From NCBI GenBank assembly GCA_016190375.1, contig JACPQR010000219.1, positions 1-19,368 on the forward strand: DNA of 19,368 bases, in the 5' to 3' direction. The stretch comes from Deltaproteobacteria bacterium. GTDB taxonomy: Bacteria > Myxococcota_A > Polyangia > JACPQR01. Shown here in pieces: positions 8,671 to 16,512 of this stretch. The position numbers were made by a program, and so were the translations under genes. The notes under the pieces are model-generated. The model did no database searches, was not told the DNA's origin, and saw only the letters and a program-made list of their open reading frames with translations. Numbering within the stretch: the stretch's first letter is position 1; every line of letters begins with the position of its first letter.

Positions 8671-10299
8671 ATGAGGCGAACCGGAAGCATCGCGATCGCG
8701 CTCCTGGCGCTCGGCTGCGGCGACGACGACACGTCCCCCCGGCAGGACGCCGGCGCCGACGCCGCCCTCGGGGATGACGGCGGGCGGGACGGCGGTCTCG
8801 ACGGAGGCGACACCGACGAGCTCCTCGTGCAGACCGCCGAGGGTCCGGTACGTGGCGTCGCGAGCGGGGAGGACACGAGGGCCTTCCTCGGGATTCCCTA
8901 CGCCGCCCCGCCGGTCGGCGAGCTGCGGTGGAAGGCAGCCCGGCCGGTGACGTCCTGGGACGAGCCGCTCGACGCGAGCGAGATCGGCGCGCCGTGTCCG
9001 CAGCTCGACTTCTTCGGATGGAGCTACCTCGAGGAGTCGAGCGAGGACTGCCTGACCTTGAACGTGTGGGCCCCTCGCCGGGCGGACGCCGCGCCCGTCA
9101 TGCTCTTCATCCACGGCGGAGGGTTCAACATGGGGACGGCGGGCGAGCCGGTCTTCGACGGACAGCACCTCTCCGAGTCGGGCGGCGTGGTCGTGGTCAC
9201 GATCAACTACCGGCTCGGCGCCCTGGGGTTTTTGGCGCAGGAGGCCATCGACGACGACGAGGATGGGGCCGCGGGCGCCCATGGCTTCGCCGACCAGCAA
9301 GCCGCGCTCGACTGGGTCGCCCGGAACGCCGAGGCCTTCGGCGGCGACCCCGGGAACGTGACGATCTTCGGCGAGTCCGCCGGGGCGATCAGCGTCTGGC
9401 TTCACCTCGTCGCGCCGGACAGCCAGGGGAAGTTCCATCGTGCCCTTATGGAGAGCGGGGTGTTCCCGAGCGCAATGCGAACCATCGAGGGCGCGCGCCT
9501 GCGCGGAGACGCGGTGACCCAGGGCGTGGGCTGCTCGGACGAGGCCGACGTCGCGGCGTGCATGCGTGGCATGTCCGCCCAGGAGCTGGTCGAGGCGCCG
9601 GTGAACCTGGGGCTGGAGGGGCTCGTCGAGTCCTTCGTCTGGCTCCCGGCGGTCGGGGGCGCCGTCCTGCCCGAGCAGCCGGCCGCGGTCATCGACGACG
9701 GCCGCGCGGCGCCGGTCCCGGTCCTGATCGGAACGAACCGCAACGAGGGCGCTCTCAACATCCGCCTCGGCTATTCCGGGATCACGCCGGAGGAATACGA
9801 GGCGCTCGCCGAGGAGATGTTAGGGCCAGAGAACGCGGCGCGGCTTCTCGAGGCGTACCCGCCCGACGGTGACGACACGGAGGCCGTACTGGCCGAGGCC
9901 CTCGGAGACTACTCGTTCGTGTGCCCTACCCGGCGCCTCGTGCGTGCGCTCGAGACCACCTCGCCGGCGCGCTTCCTCTATTCCTTCGAGCGCCCCGTGG
10001 AGCTCGAGGGGTTTCCCGGACTGGGAGCCTTCCACGCGGCCGAGCTGATCTTCGTCTTCGGCAACGACGCCCTGGACGGGATGGTCACGCTGAAGGCCGA
10101 GGATCTGCCGCTGTCGGAGGCAATGCAGGGCTACTGGACCCGCTTCGCCGCCGCCGGCGACCCCAACGGCGCCGACGCGGTGCAGTGGCCTGCGTACGAG
10201 CAGGCGAGCGACGAGCACCTCGTCCTCGACCTCGACATCGTGGCCGGCAGCGGCCACAAGGCCGAGCTCTGCGATCTCTGGGACACGATCCCATTCTGA
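8671..10299 (+). CDS. Carboxylesterase type B (PnbA-like) lipoprotein
   Basis: 542 aa with signal peptide and lipobox (LLALGCG). Type-B esterase motifs are present (EDCLTLNVWAP, FIHGGGF, nucleophile GESAGA, downstream GTNRNEG). AGGAGGAAGG sits 6 nt upstream of ATG 8671, 15 bp after the preceding hydrolase gene. Confidence 0.9.
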   Translation: MRRTGSIAIALLALGCGDDDTSPRQDAGADAALGDDGGRDGGLDGGDTDELLVQTAEGPVRGVASGEDTRAFLGIPYAAPPVGELRWKAARPVTSWDEPLDASEIGAPCPQLDFFGWSYLEESSEDCLTLNVWAPRRADAAPVMLFIHGGGFNMGTAGEPVFDGQHLSESGGVVVVTINYRLGALGFLAQEAIDDDEDGAAGAHGFADQQAALDWVARNAEAFGGDPGNVTIFGESAGAISVWLHLVAPDSQGKFHRALMESGVFPSAMRTIEGARLRGDAVTQGVGCSDEADVAACMRGMSAQELVEAPVNLGLEGLVESFVWLPAVGGAVLPEQPAAVIDDGRAAPVPVLIGTNRNEGALNIRLGYSGITPEEYEALAEEMLGPENAARLLEAYPPDGDDTEAVLAEALGDYSFVCPTRRLVRALETTSPARFLYSFERPVELEGFPGLGAFHAAELIFVFGNDALDGMVTLKAEDLPLSEAMQGYWTRFAAAGDPNGADAVQWPAYEQASDEHLVLDLDIVAGSGHKAELCDLWDTIPF

Positions 10300-10325
10300 G
10301 ACGATCCCACGCACGGAGGACTCAC

Positions 10326-11201
10326 ATGACCCTCGCTTCGTCCATGCTCGCCTGCGGAATCGGAGCACTGACCGTCGCCACGGCGGGGTGCTCGTCTGAC
10401 GACGGAGGGGCGCCCGACGCCGCCGCCGAGGACGACGCGGGCGGCGGCGACGCAGGTCACGCCGACGCAGGCGGCGGCGACGCAGGTGGGGACGATGCCG
10501 GTGAGGACCAGGCGTGCCCGGTGGACGAGCCCGTGCGCAGCGCGAGCCCGGGCTCGGACCTGGCGTGCGTCGGAGCCGTCACGCCCGGCACGACCTCGTG
10601 CGTCTCGATCGATATCTCGGGAACGATCACGGCAGTGCTGGGCGGTCCAATCGCCGCGACCGTCGAGATCTTCGACGCGTCCGGCGGCTCGCTCGGCAGG
10701 ACGGACACGCCCGACGGATCCTACTCGCTCGCGGTTCCCGTCGGTCCGGACGGCTGGAGCGGCCGGGTGCTGGCGACCGCAGAGGGCTACTGGCCGCACG
10801 ACGTGTTCGAGCTCGCGAGGCCGTATCTGGGCAACGGTGACGAGAGCCTGTCGCTCGTCACCGATGAGCTGGTGGACCTGCAGTTCTCGCTCACCGACGC
10901 CGGCACGCCGGACCCCGCGAAGGGCCTTCTCATCGTGAGGCCGCAGGACTGCGAGGGCCAGAGCCTCCCCGGCGTGACCGTTGACATCGACCTCCCCTAC
11001 GAGCACCGCCTCTACGCCGCCGAATCCGGCATCCCAGACACCGACCTCGCCGTGACGAGCGACTTCGGCGGCGCCATCTTCACGAACGTGGACCTCGGCA
11101 CCGTGCACGCGACGGTCCTCCTCGCCGACGCGGAGGTCGCCGCCGGCTCGGGGACGATCTCGGCCGGAACCTTCACGGGGGTGATCGCCGATCCCCGGTA
11201 G
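10326..11201 (+). CDS. Hypothetical lipoprotein with Gly/Asp-rich N-terminal low-complexity region
   Basis: ATG 10326 has GGAGG 8 nt upstream. Signal peptide plus lipobox (LTVATAGCSS). The (GGGDAG)-type region is encoded by a 33-bp tandem duplication (~10441-10506). The C-terminal ~200 aa are beta-rich and non-repetitive. It sits 26 bp downstream of the esterase gene. Confidence 0.6.
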   Translation: MTLASSMLACGIGALTVATAGCSSDDGGAPDAAAEDDAGGGDAGHADAGGGDAGGDDAGEDQACPVDEPVRSASPGSDLACVGAVTPGTTSCVSIDISGTITAVLGGPIAATVEIFDASGGSLGRTDTPDGSYSLAVPVGPDGWSGRVLATAEGYWPHDVFELARPYLGNGDESLSLVTDELVDLQFSLTDAGTPDPAKGLLIVRPQDCEGQSLPGVTVDIDLPYEHRLYAAESGIPDTDLAVTSDFGGAIFTNVDLGTVHATVLLADAEVAAGSGTISAGTFTGVIADPR

Positions 11202-11228
11202 GCGCGGGAGCTTCACGTCGCGCGGTCG

Positions 11229-11666
11229 TCAGCCAGGCTCGACGAGGGGGAACGCCTGTCGGAGCCCCTGGAAGCGGCGGAAGTCGCGGTCATTCGTACA
11301 CAGCGTTGCCCCGTGCTCGATGGCGAGGGCCGCCAGGTGGGCGTCGGTGACGAGAGGGCCGCGGACCTGGGCGTCCGTCATCAGGTCTCGGAGGATCTCC
11401 CAGTGCCGGTCCGTGGGGTCGAGGGTCTCGACGTTGGGCAGACCGAGCCACTCGTCGACGATCGACGTCGCCTCGGCGATCGGCAACGGGCGGGAGAGCG
11501 CGCGCGGATGGGTCGAGATGCGCAGGAACGCTAGGACGACGGCCCAGGGGAGCCGGACCTGCTCGGCTCCGGAGAACGCATCTTCCACCCATCGGCGGGC
11601 CCGGGGGTGGTGCGCGGCCGACGAGTCGTAGGCGTACAGGAGGAGGTTCGCGTCGATGACGATCAT
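11229..11666 (-). CDS. vapC: PIN-domain ribonuclease toxin VapC
   Basis: 145 aa with MIVIDANLLLYA... N-terminus. Acidic PIN residues and the C-terminal TNDRDF motif are present. The ATG overlaps the vapB stop (ATGA). Confidence 0.85.
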   Translation of the reverse strand: MIVIDANLLLYAYDSSAAHHPRARRWVEDAFSGAEQVRLPWAVVLAFLRISTHPRALSRPLPIAEATSIVDEWLGLPNVETLDPTDRHWEILRDLMTDAQVRGPLVTDAHLAALAIEHGATLCTNDRDFRRFQGLRQAFPLVEPG

Positions 11667-11908
11667 CGGCTCTCGGATCCGTCGAGCGCCTCGAGCAGCT
11701 CGGCGACGGAGTCGTAGCTGAGGCCCTCTTTCAGCCCGAGGGAGCGGGCTCTCACGACGAACCGGCCGCCTCGCGCCGTGCGCCGTCGCGATGTGAGCCC
11801 GGTCCGCAGGGCCTCGTTGGCGATCTCCTTGAGGGTTCGTCCGGAGCGCCGGACCTCGGCCTGGAGCTTGGCGGCGACGTCGTCATCAAGGGTCAGGGTG
11901 GTTCGCAC
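11663..11908 (-). CDS. vapB: VapB-type antitoxin (RHH/Phd-like N-terminus)
   Basis: Reading from GTG (minus strand, plus coordinates 11908-11906) gives MRTTLTLDDDVAAKLQAEVRRSGRTLKEIANEALRTGL..., the canonical VapB N-terminus. The longer track ORF (to 12055) has an implausible N-terminal extension. Start choice is uncertain because two further in-frame GTGs lie just upstream. Confidence 0.7.
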   Translation of the reverse strand: MRTTLTLDDDVAAKLQAEVRRSGRTLKEIANEALRTGLTSRRRTARGGRFVVRARSLGLKEGLSYDSVAELLEALDGSESR

Positions 11909-12056
11909 ATCATGATGTTTGCTCACGCGCACCTTGATGTCAACGGGGCAGACGAGACCAAGGCATCCGGCGTCGCCTTCGACCTGTCGGGGCTGTGGCC
12001 GTTCGCACCGGGTGACCGCCGGGTTTCGCCGAGCGGGTGCTGTATGATCGGACACC

Positions 12057-12578
12057 GTGCAGGAACCGTTCGAACGACTCGCGCTGGTCGTGCTCGTGGC
12101 CTCGGCCGGCGGTTGTTGCTGCGGCGGGGATGACTACCTGACTCTCGGCATCGGCCTCTGGGGACCAGCGGGAATCACGACACCGCTGTGGGGCGAGGCG
12201 ATGGACGTCGGCCCGAGCCCGGTCTTCACCGCCGCCTTCGCCGAGGACGACCATCCCTCGGGCGATGTCTTCGAGCTGTGGAATCAGGGGAACCGCCTTC
12301 CCCTCCTCGTCACCTCCGTCGACTGGGCCGACAATCCCGACAGGACGGGCTCCTGCCCCCACGACGAGCAGGTATACGAGGCCCAGCCCGCTCTCGAGCC
12401 GGGTGACTACACGCTGGTGCACCTCGAGCGGCACGGCAACGGCAGCGCCCTCAATTGTCTGGGCCAGTGCCCGTGGACGACCTTCGAGGGCGACCGGGCG
12501 CTGGTCCTCGACCTGCATGTGAGCTCCATGCCATCCCGGGACGGCGGAGCAGACGCCGGTCCCGGACGCGACGACTGA
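12057..12578 (+). CDS. Hypothetical small secreted protein or lipoprotein
   Basis: GTG start. N-terminal hydrophobic segment with a Cys cluster (LVVLVASAGGCCCGG). Amino-acid usage is diverse (W, Y, F, H, N, Q), in contrast with the Arg-rich antisense ORF 11940..12617. A hairpin follows 2 nt after the stop. Confidence 0.5.
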   Translation: MQEPFERLALVVLVASAGGCCCGGDDYLTLGIGLWGPAGITTPLWGEAMDVGPSPVFTAAFAEDDHPSGDVFELWNQGNRLPLLVTSVDWADNPDRTGSCPHDEQVYEAQPALEPGDYTLVHLERHGNGSALNCLGQCPWTTFEGDRALVLDLHVSSMPSRDGGADAGPGRDD

Positions 12579-12579
12579 A

Positions 12580-12601
12580 GGCGCCGATCTTTCGCGGCGC
12601 C
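12580..12601 (+). terminator. GC-rich hairpin (7-bp stem GGCGCCG/CGGCGCC, 8-nt loop) just after the stop of 12057..12578
   Basis: The inverted repeat is read directly from the sequence. No T-tract follows, as is usual for high-GC genomes. Confidence 0.3.
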
Positions 12602-12612
12602 AGCGGCTGTGG

Positions 12613-12643
12613 CCCACGGCGTCGCAGCCGGCGTATCCAGGCC
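12613..12643. repeat. 31-bp exact direct repeat, copy 1 (CCCACGGCGTCGCAGCCGGCGTATCCAGGCC), intergenic
   Basis: Identical base-for-base to 13667..13697. The flanks are unrelated on both sides. Confidence 0.95.
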
Positions 12644-12663
12644 GGCGGCGCCTGCCGAGCCGA

Positions 12664-13530
12664 TCACGCCGGGTCGACGCGCGAGATGCGCAGCACGTCG
12701 ACGACGAGTCCGAGCTTGGTCAGGTCCTCCTCGACCTCGAGGCGGACGGTCTGGGCGAGCCGGAGCAGCTCCTGCTTGACCTCCTCGGCGTCGAGCGTCG
12801 CCACGACCGCGCGGATCGCCGCCTCGACGGTCTGGCGGGCGACGGCCCAGATCTCCGTCGGATCGCGCTCCAGGAACCGCTCGACGGCGTTGTCGAGGAG
12901 AGGCGCCTCGCCCGCGATCCGGACGAGGAAGCTGCCCTCGATTCCGACCGGGGGGCCGCGGCGCACCGGGACGTTCGCGAGCGACAGTTCGATGGACTGG
13001 GGACGCAGGTCGAAGCGGTGGGCGTACTCGAGGATCGGCACCACGAGCACGCGCCGGCCGACGACCGCCCGCCAGCCGACCGTGGTGCCGTCGGGCCTGC
13101 GCCGCGTGCGGCCCACGACGACCACCGCCTCGTGCGGGGCGGGGATGATCAGGAGCCTTCGTAAGAGGGCCAGGAAGATCGCCAGCACGAGGGCGACTGC
13201 GCCGGCGGAGCCGACGACGAGCCCTGTCTGCTCGCCGGCGGAGCCGCTCCACACGAAGCCGCAGTAGAACGCGACGCCGATGAGCACGACGCCGGCGGTG
13301 GCGAGGCCGGCGCTCGACCACCGGCCGCCGGGCAACCCGCCGGGGAGCGCCGCCGGCCGGCGACGCGCGTGCACGAGCTCCTCACGCGTGCGTGCCAGCT
13401 CCTGCTCGAGCGCCTCGACGCGGGCGCGGCTCGCTTCCTCTTCGTTGCGGAACGCCACGGGCCGACGATACCGCAAGGTCCGCTCCGGTGCCGAGGTCGA
13501 GATCCTTCGGTTCGCCGCCTGACCGTTCAC
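12664..13530 (-). CDS. SPFH/band-7 domain protein, flotillin (YqiK)-like, ending right after the SPFH domain
   Basis: GTG start at 13530. An N-terminal coiled-coil-like segment and two hydrophobic helices are followed by an SPFH-like core (IIPAPHEAVVVVGRTRRRPDGTTVGWRAVVGRRVLVVPILEYAHRFDLRPQSIELSLANV...VEEDLTKLGLVVDVLRISRVD). The long C-terminal flotillin coiled-coil region found in YqiK-type proteins is absent. Confidence 0.65.
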   Translation of the reverse strand: MNGQAANRRISTSAPERTLRYRRPVAFRNEEEASRARVEALEQELARTREELVHARRRPAALPGGLPGGRWSSAGLATAGVVLIGVAFYCGFVWSGSAGEQTGLVVGSAGAVALVLAIFLALLRRLLIIPAPHEAVVVVGRTRRRPDGTTVGWRAVVGRRVLVVPILEYAHRFDLRPQSIELSLANVPVRRGPPVGIEGSFLVRIAGEAPLLDNAVERFLERDPTEIWAVARQTVEAAIRAVVATLDAEEVKQELLRLAQTVRLEVEEDLTKLGLVVDVLRISRVDPA

Positions 13531-13539
13531 TCGCCCTCG

Positions 13540-15111
13540 CTACTCCGATCTCACCCTCACCCGCCGGCGGGCGATCACGCGCGTCGCGCCGTCGGTGTCG
13601 GTGGCGCGGATCTCCAGCAGGTGGTGGCACGCCGAGAGGCCCGAGAAATCGAACGATCCGCGAAACCCCACGGCGTCGCAGCCGGCGTATCCAGGCCACA
13701 CCAGGCAGACGTCGGGTCGGGGCTCGCCCTGGGCGAGCGGGGTCGCGAACGCCCCGTCGACCCAGAGCTCCACCGAGCTGACGCCGACGTTGTCGAGCGC
13801 CCAGCCGACCACGGCGCGGTCGCCCGCGATCGCCTCGTCGGCGACGGGCTCGTCCATGACGCCGAACGGCGGCAGGCCCGTCGTCAAGGCATCGGCCTCG
13901 CCGGCGACGGTGTCGAGCGATCCGAGGATCAGGTAGGCGCGCGCGAAGACGGTCCCACGCGCGGGGATGCCGAACGAGAAGCGCGCCCGGACGTTGTTGA
14001 ATGGAAGGGAACGGAGCTGCCAGCCCTGGAAAGCGGTGAGCTGGTTCTCGTAGAGGATGCCGACGCCGTACGTGGCGTCGTCGTTCTGCATCGCGACCCA
14101 GCCTCCCGCGCTGTCGAAGTTCTCGTAGTTGAAGCCGTCCCCGCCCGCGGGGGTGTCGATGGCGATCTCCGTCCTGTCCGAGGCGAACAGCCGCCAGATG
14201 TCCGCCGTCCCGCCGCCGCCGTTCGCCGTGTACACGGTCGGCATCTCCTGAAGAGTCGGAGCGTGGTCGACGTCGGCGAGGTTGGTGACGCGATACGTCA
14301 GCTCGACGACGTGGGTCCTGACGAACCGGAGAGTCTGCTCGACCTCGACGTCCGACCTGCGCTCCCTGAGCCCCGGGTCGTCGCAGCCCGAGCTCGTGCA
14401 ATCGGCGGAATCCCAGTTCGGGTTCCAGAAGAGCGGCGTCGTCGTGAGCGCGAGGACGCCGCCGGCATTCTCCAGGGCATCGACGCCGGAGCCGCGGTTG
14501 CAGCGGTTGCCTCCCTGAACGGGGTCCCAGCCCAGGTAGGTGATGGAGGCCGGGCACTCCGAAGCGCGCCGACCGCAGGCGGCGTCCCACGCGCAGTTCT
14601 GCATCTGGCGATCGGGATCGTAGAACGCGACCTGCACCTCCCTCCCCGTGTCGTTCGCGTCGATGACGTTCGCGCCGTTCATGCCCCCGCCGGCGGCCGC
14701 CAGGCCGAAGAAGACGATGGTGCCGCCCCACTCCCGCCGAACTCCCACCTTGATGTAGTCGGTGGCGTCGTACAGGTACTCGTCCTCGAAGCCGTCCTCG
14801 TCGACGGCCTCGGACCGCCCCGCCGGTTCCTCTCCCTCGAGAGGCGAGAGGGGCACGGGCTCCGGGACCGGGACGGGCGGACAGTCGCCAGCGTCCGCGT
14901 CCGCGTCTGCGTCGCCGTCGACATCGCCATCCCCATCGGCGTCGGCATCGGCGTCGGCGTCGGCGTCGGTGTCGGCGTCCGCGTCGGCGTCCGCGTCCGC
15001 GTCGGCGTCCGCGTCGGCGTCCGCGTCACCGGTCGGGCCACTCGGCCCGTCACAAGCGCATCCGGCGACTAGCGCGAGGAACAGCCCCAGCAGCATCGAT
15101 TCGACTCTCAT
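13540..15111 (-). CDS. Large secreted lipoprotein with an (Asp-Ala)n linker, an unrecognised central domain and a C-terminal Ig-like beta domain
   Basis: ATG 15111 has GAGGGA 6 nt upstream. Signal peptide plus lipobox (LALVAGCAC). A ~45-residue (DA)n/(DG)n tract is followed by a ~380-aa Trp/Tyr/Asn-rich domain and a beta-sandwich-like C-terminus. The track ORF's 39 upstream codons have no start support. Confidence 0.65.
   Translation of the reverse strand: MRVESMLLGLFLALVAGCACDGPSGPTGDADADADADADADADADADTDADADADADADGDGDVDGDADADADAGDCPPVPVPEPVPLSPLEGEEPAGRSEAVDEDGFEDEYLYDATDYIKVGVRREWGGTIVFFGLAAAGGGMNGANVIDANDTGREVQVAFYDPDRQMQNCAWDAACGRRASECPASITYLGWDPVQGGNRCNRGSGVDALENAGGVLALTTTPLFWNPNWDSADCTSSGCDDPGLRERRSDVEVEQTLRFVRTHVVELTYRVTNLADVDHAPTLQEMPTVYTANGGGGTADIWRLFASDRTEIAIDTPAGGDGFNYENFDSAGGWVAMQNDDATYGVGILYENQLTAFQGWQLRSLPFNNVRARFSFGIPARGTVFARAYLILGSLDTVAGEADALTTGLPPFGVMDEPVADEAIAGDRAVVGWALDNVGVSSVELWVDGAFATPLAQGEPRPDVCLVWPGYAGCDAVGFRGSFDFSGLSACHHLLEIRATDTDGATRVIARRRVRVRSE
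13667..13697. repeat. 31-bp exact direct repeat, copy 2, inside the 3' coding end of lipoprotein gene 13540..15111 (it encodes [11 protein letters not shown])
   Basis: Identical to 12613..12643. The two copies bracket a ~1.05-kb segment containing the SPFH gene. Confidence 0.95.
14891..15030. repeat. Tandem hexanucleotide repeat (GTCGGC/GTCCGC)n, ~23 units, encoding the (Asp-Ala)n tract on the minus strand
   Basis: Directly visible as gcgtcggcgtcggcgtccgcgtcggc.... The length is a multiple of 6, so slippage would keep the reading frame. Confidence 0.85.
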
Positions 15112-15558
15112 CGCGGTTCCCTCGGTCCGCCCGGTTCGACTGCTCCTCGTCGAAGGGCCGGCATCAGTGACGGGGATTGATGGAAGGGGTCCAGCCGGCC
15201 ACCTTGCCGCCGAGCCCGGAACAAGCACGAACGAGCAGCGCCATCACCGCGTCGCGGTCCTGGTGGCGCACGATGATCGGAATGGGCCTCGGGCTGCGCG
15301 GCGTGTGCACCAGGAGTCGGTCGAACGCGCTGTTGACGACGCGTTCGAGAGCGGCTTCGTCAGCGGGATCCACGCCGGTCATCATCGCACAGCTCGCGGA
15401 GGAACGCGCGGAGCAGGGGCCAGGCGGCCGCCGGCCCGCAGGCCTCCGCTCGCCTTGGTCTGGGTGGTCCGGGGCCGACGCGGACGGAGGAAACACGGAG
15501 GCCGTCGATCGACCCGGAGCCGTATTCAAAACACGGCACGTGGACTGGCCTCACGTCC

Positions 15559-15608
15559 CTATTCGCTAGTCGAAAACCGGTGGATGCGTATTCCATTCGA
15601 ATACGGAA
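15559..15608. promoter_or_regulatory. AT-rich dyad-symmetry elements in the divergent control region (TTCGctagtCGAA, and the CGTATTC-cattc-GAATACG hairpin containing palindrome ATTCGAAT)
   Basis: This is the only AT-rich patch in the window, ~55-100 bp upstream of the TIGR02147-like gene start. The inverted repeats were read directly. Confidence 0.35.
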
Positions 15609-15660
15609 TCTGCAGCGAGAGGATTGACCCCGCGTGCCGGCCGATTCATCCTGCGAGGAC

Positions 15661-16512
15661 ATGGTGGCCGAGCGGGCGATCAGAGTCTTCGAGTACACCG
15701 ACTTCCGCGCCTTCCTGGCCGACTACTACGCCGCCGAGAAGGCCAGGCGCTCGTCGTTCTCCTTCCGGGCGTTCGCACGCCGTGCCGGCTTCGCATCGCC
15801 GAACTTCCTGAAGCTCGTGATCGATGGCCGCCGCAACATCGGCGAGGACAGCATCCCTCGCTTCGTGCGGGCCCTCGGGCTCGATCGCGAAGAGGGGCGG
15901 TTCTTCGCGTCCCTCGTGGGCTTCGGCCAGTCGCGCACCGTCGAGGACCGCAACCAGCACTTCGAGAAGATCGCTGCCTCGAGGCGCTTCCGCGCAGCCC
16001 GGAAGATCGACGGCGCCCTGTTCGAGTATCTGTCGCACTGGTACATGCCTGCGATCCGCGAGCTCGCGGCGCGGGTGGACTTCCGCGAGGATCCGGAGTG
16101 GATCGGCGAGCAGCTCCTGCCCGCGATTCGCCCGGCCGACGCGCGGAAGGCGCTCACGACCCTGGTCACGCTGGGTCTGCTCGTCCGTGACGACACCGGC
16201 CGGCTGTCACGGGGCGAGCCGACGCTGACCACCGGACACGACGTCCAGTCGCTGTCCGTGATCAACTACCACCGGCAGATGCTCGAACGCGCGGCGTCGG
16301 CGATCGAGGCGCTTCCGTCGTCCCGCCGCGAGTTCGGTGCGATGACGGTGTGCGTGCGCTCGGGCACCGTCGCCGAGCTCAAGGAGCGCATACGCAGGTT
16401 CTGCGAGGAGATCCTCGAGCGCAGCGACCGCGACGCCCAGCCCGACGCCGTGTTTCAAATCAACGTTCAGCTATTCCAGCTCTCCCGATGTGCGGAGGTC
16501 ACGAGCCAATGA
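15661..16512 (+). CDS. TIGR02147/DUF4423-family protein (putative HTH-type regulator). Family assignment is from memory of the family pattern.
   Basis: N-terminal block Y.DFR.FL.DYY..K.....FS.R.FA..AGF.SPNFLKLVI.G.RN, later W.....REL and GLL motifs. Length is ~283 aa from ATG 15661. An alternative start is GTG 15634. The stop overlaps the next gene's ATG. Confidence 0.55.
   Translation: MVAERAIRVFEYTDFRAFLADYYAAEKARRSSFSFRAFARRAGFASPNFLKLVIDGRRNIGEDSIPRFVRALGLDREEGRFFASLVGFGQSRTVEDRNQHFEKIAASRRFRAARKIDGALFEYLSHWYMPAIRELAARVDFREDPEWIGEQLLPAIRPADARKALTTLVTLGLLVRDDTGRLSRGEPTLTTGHDVQSLSVINYHRQMLERAASAIEALPSSRREFGAMTVCVRSGTVAELKERIRRFCEEILERSDRDAQPDAVFQINVQLFQLSRCAEVTSQ

Noticed and set aside
8113-9438. 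441-aa minus-strand ORF across the hydrolase/esterase boundary, and other antisense ORFs through 11216
   Set aside because: They are antisense to two homology-supported hydrolase genes and have spurious composition.
11940-12617. 225-aa minus-strand ORF overlapping gene 12057..12578 and reading through copy 1 of the 31-bp repeat
   Set aside because: Arg/Gly/Val-rich with no start context. The plus-strand gene has normal composition. This ORF is only noteworthy because it reads copy 1 of the 31-mer as PGYAGCDAV.
14891-15030. The repeat array considered as a possible CRISPR locus
   Set aside because: Units are 6 bp with no spacers. They lie in frame inside a lipoprotein gene and encode (Asp-Ala)n. 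This is a coding microsatellite, not a CRISPR array.
15164-15385. Possible 74-aa small gene on the minus strand (MMTGVDPADEAALERVVNSAFDRLLVH...) in the divergent control region
   Set aside because: Composition is plausible and GC3 is high. But there is no Shine-Dalgarno sequence and no recognisable family. An equally open antisense ORF (15177..15569) exists. It cannot be distinguished from a GC artefact without expression or conservation data.
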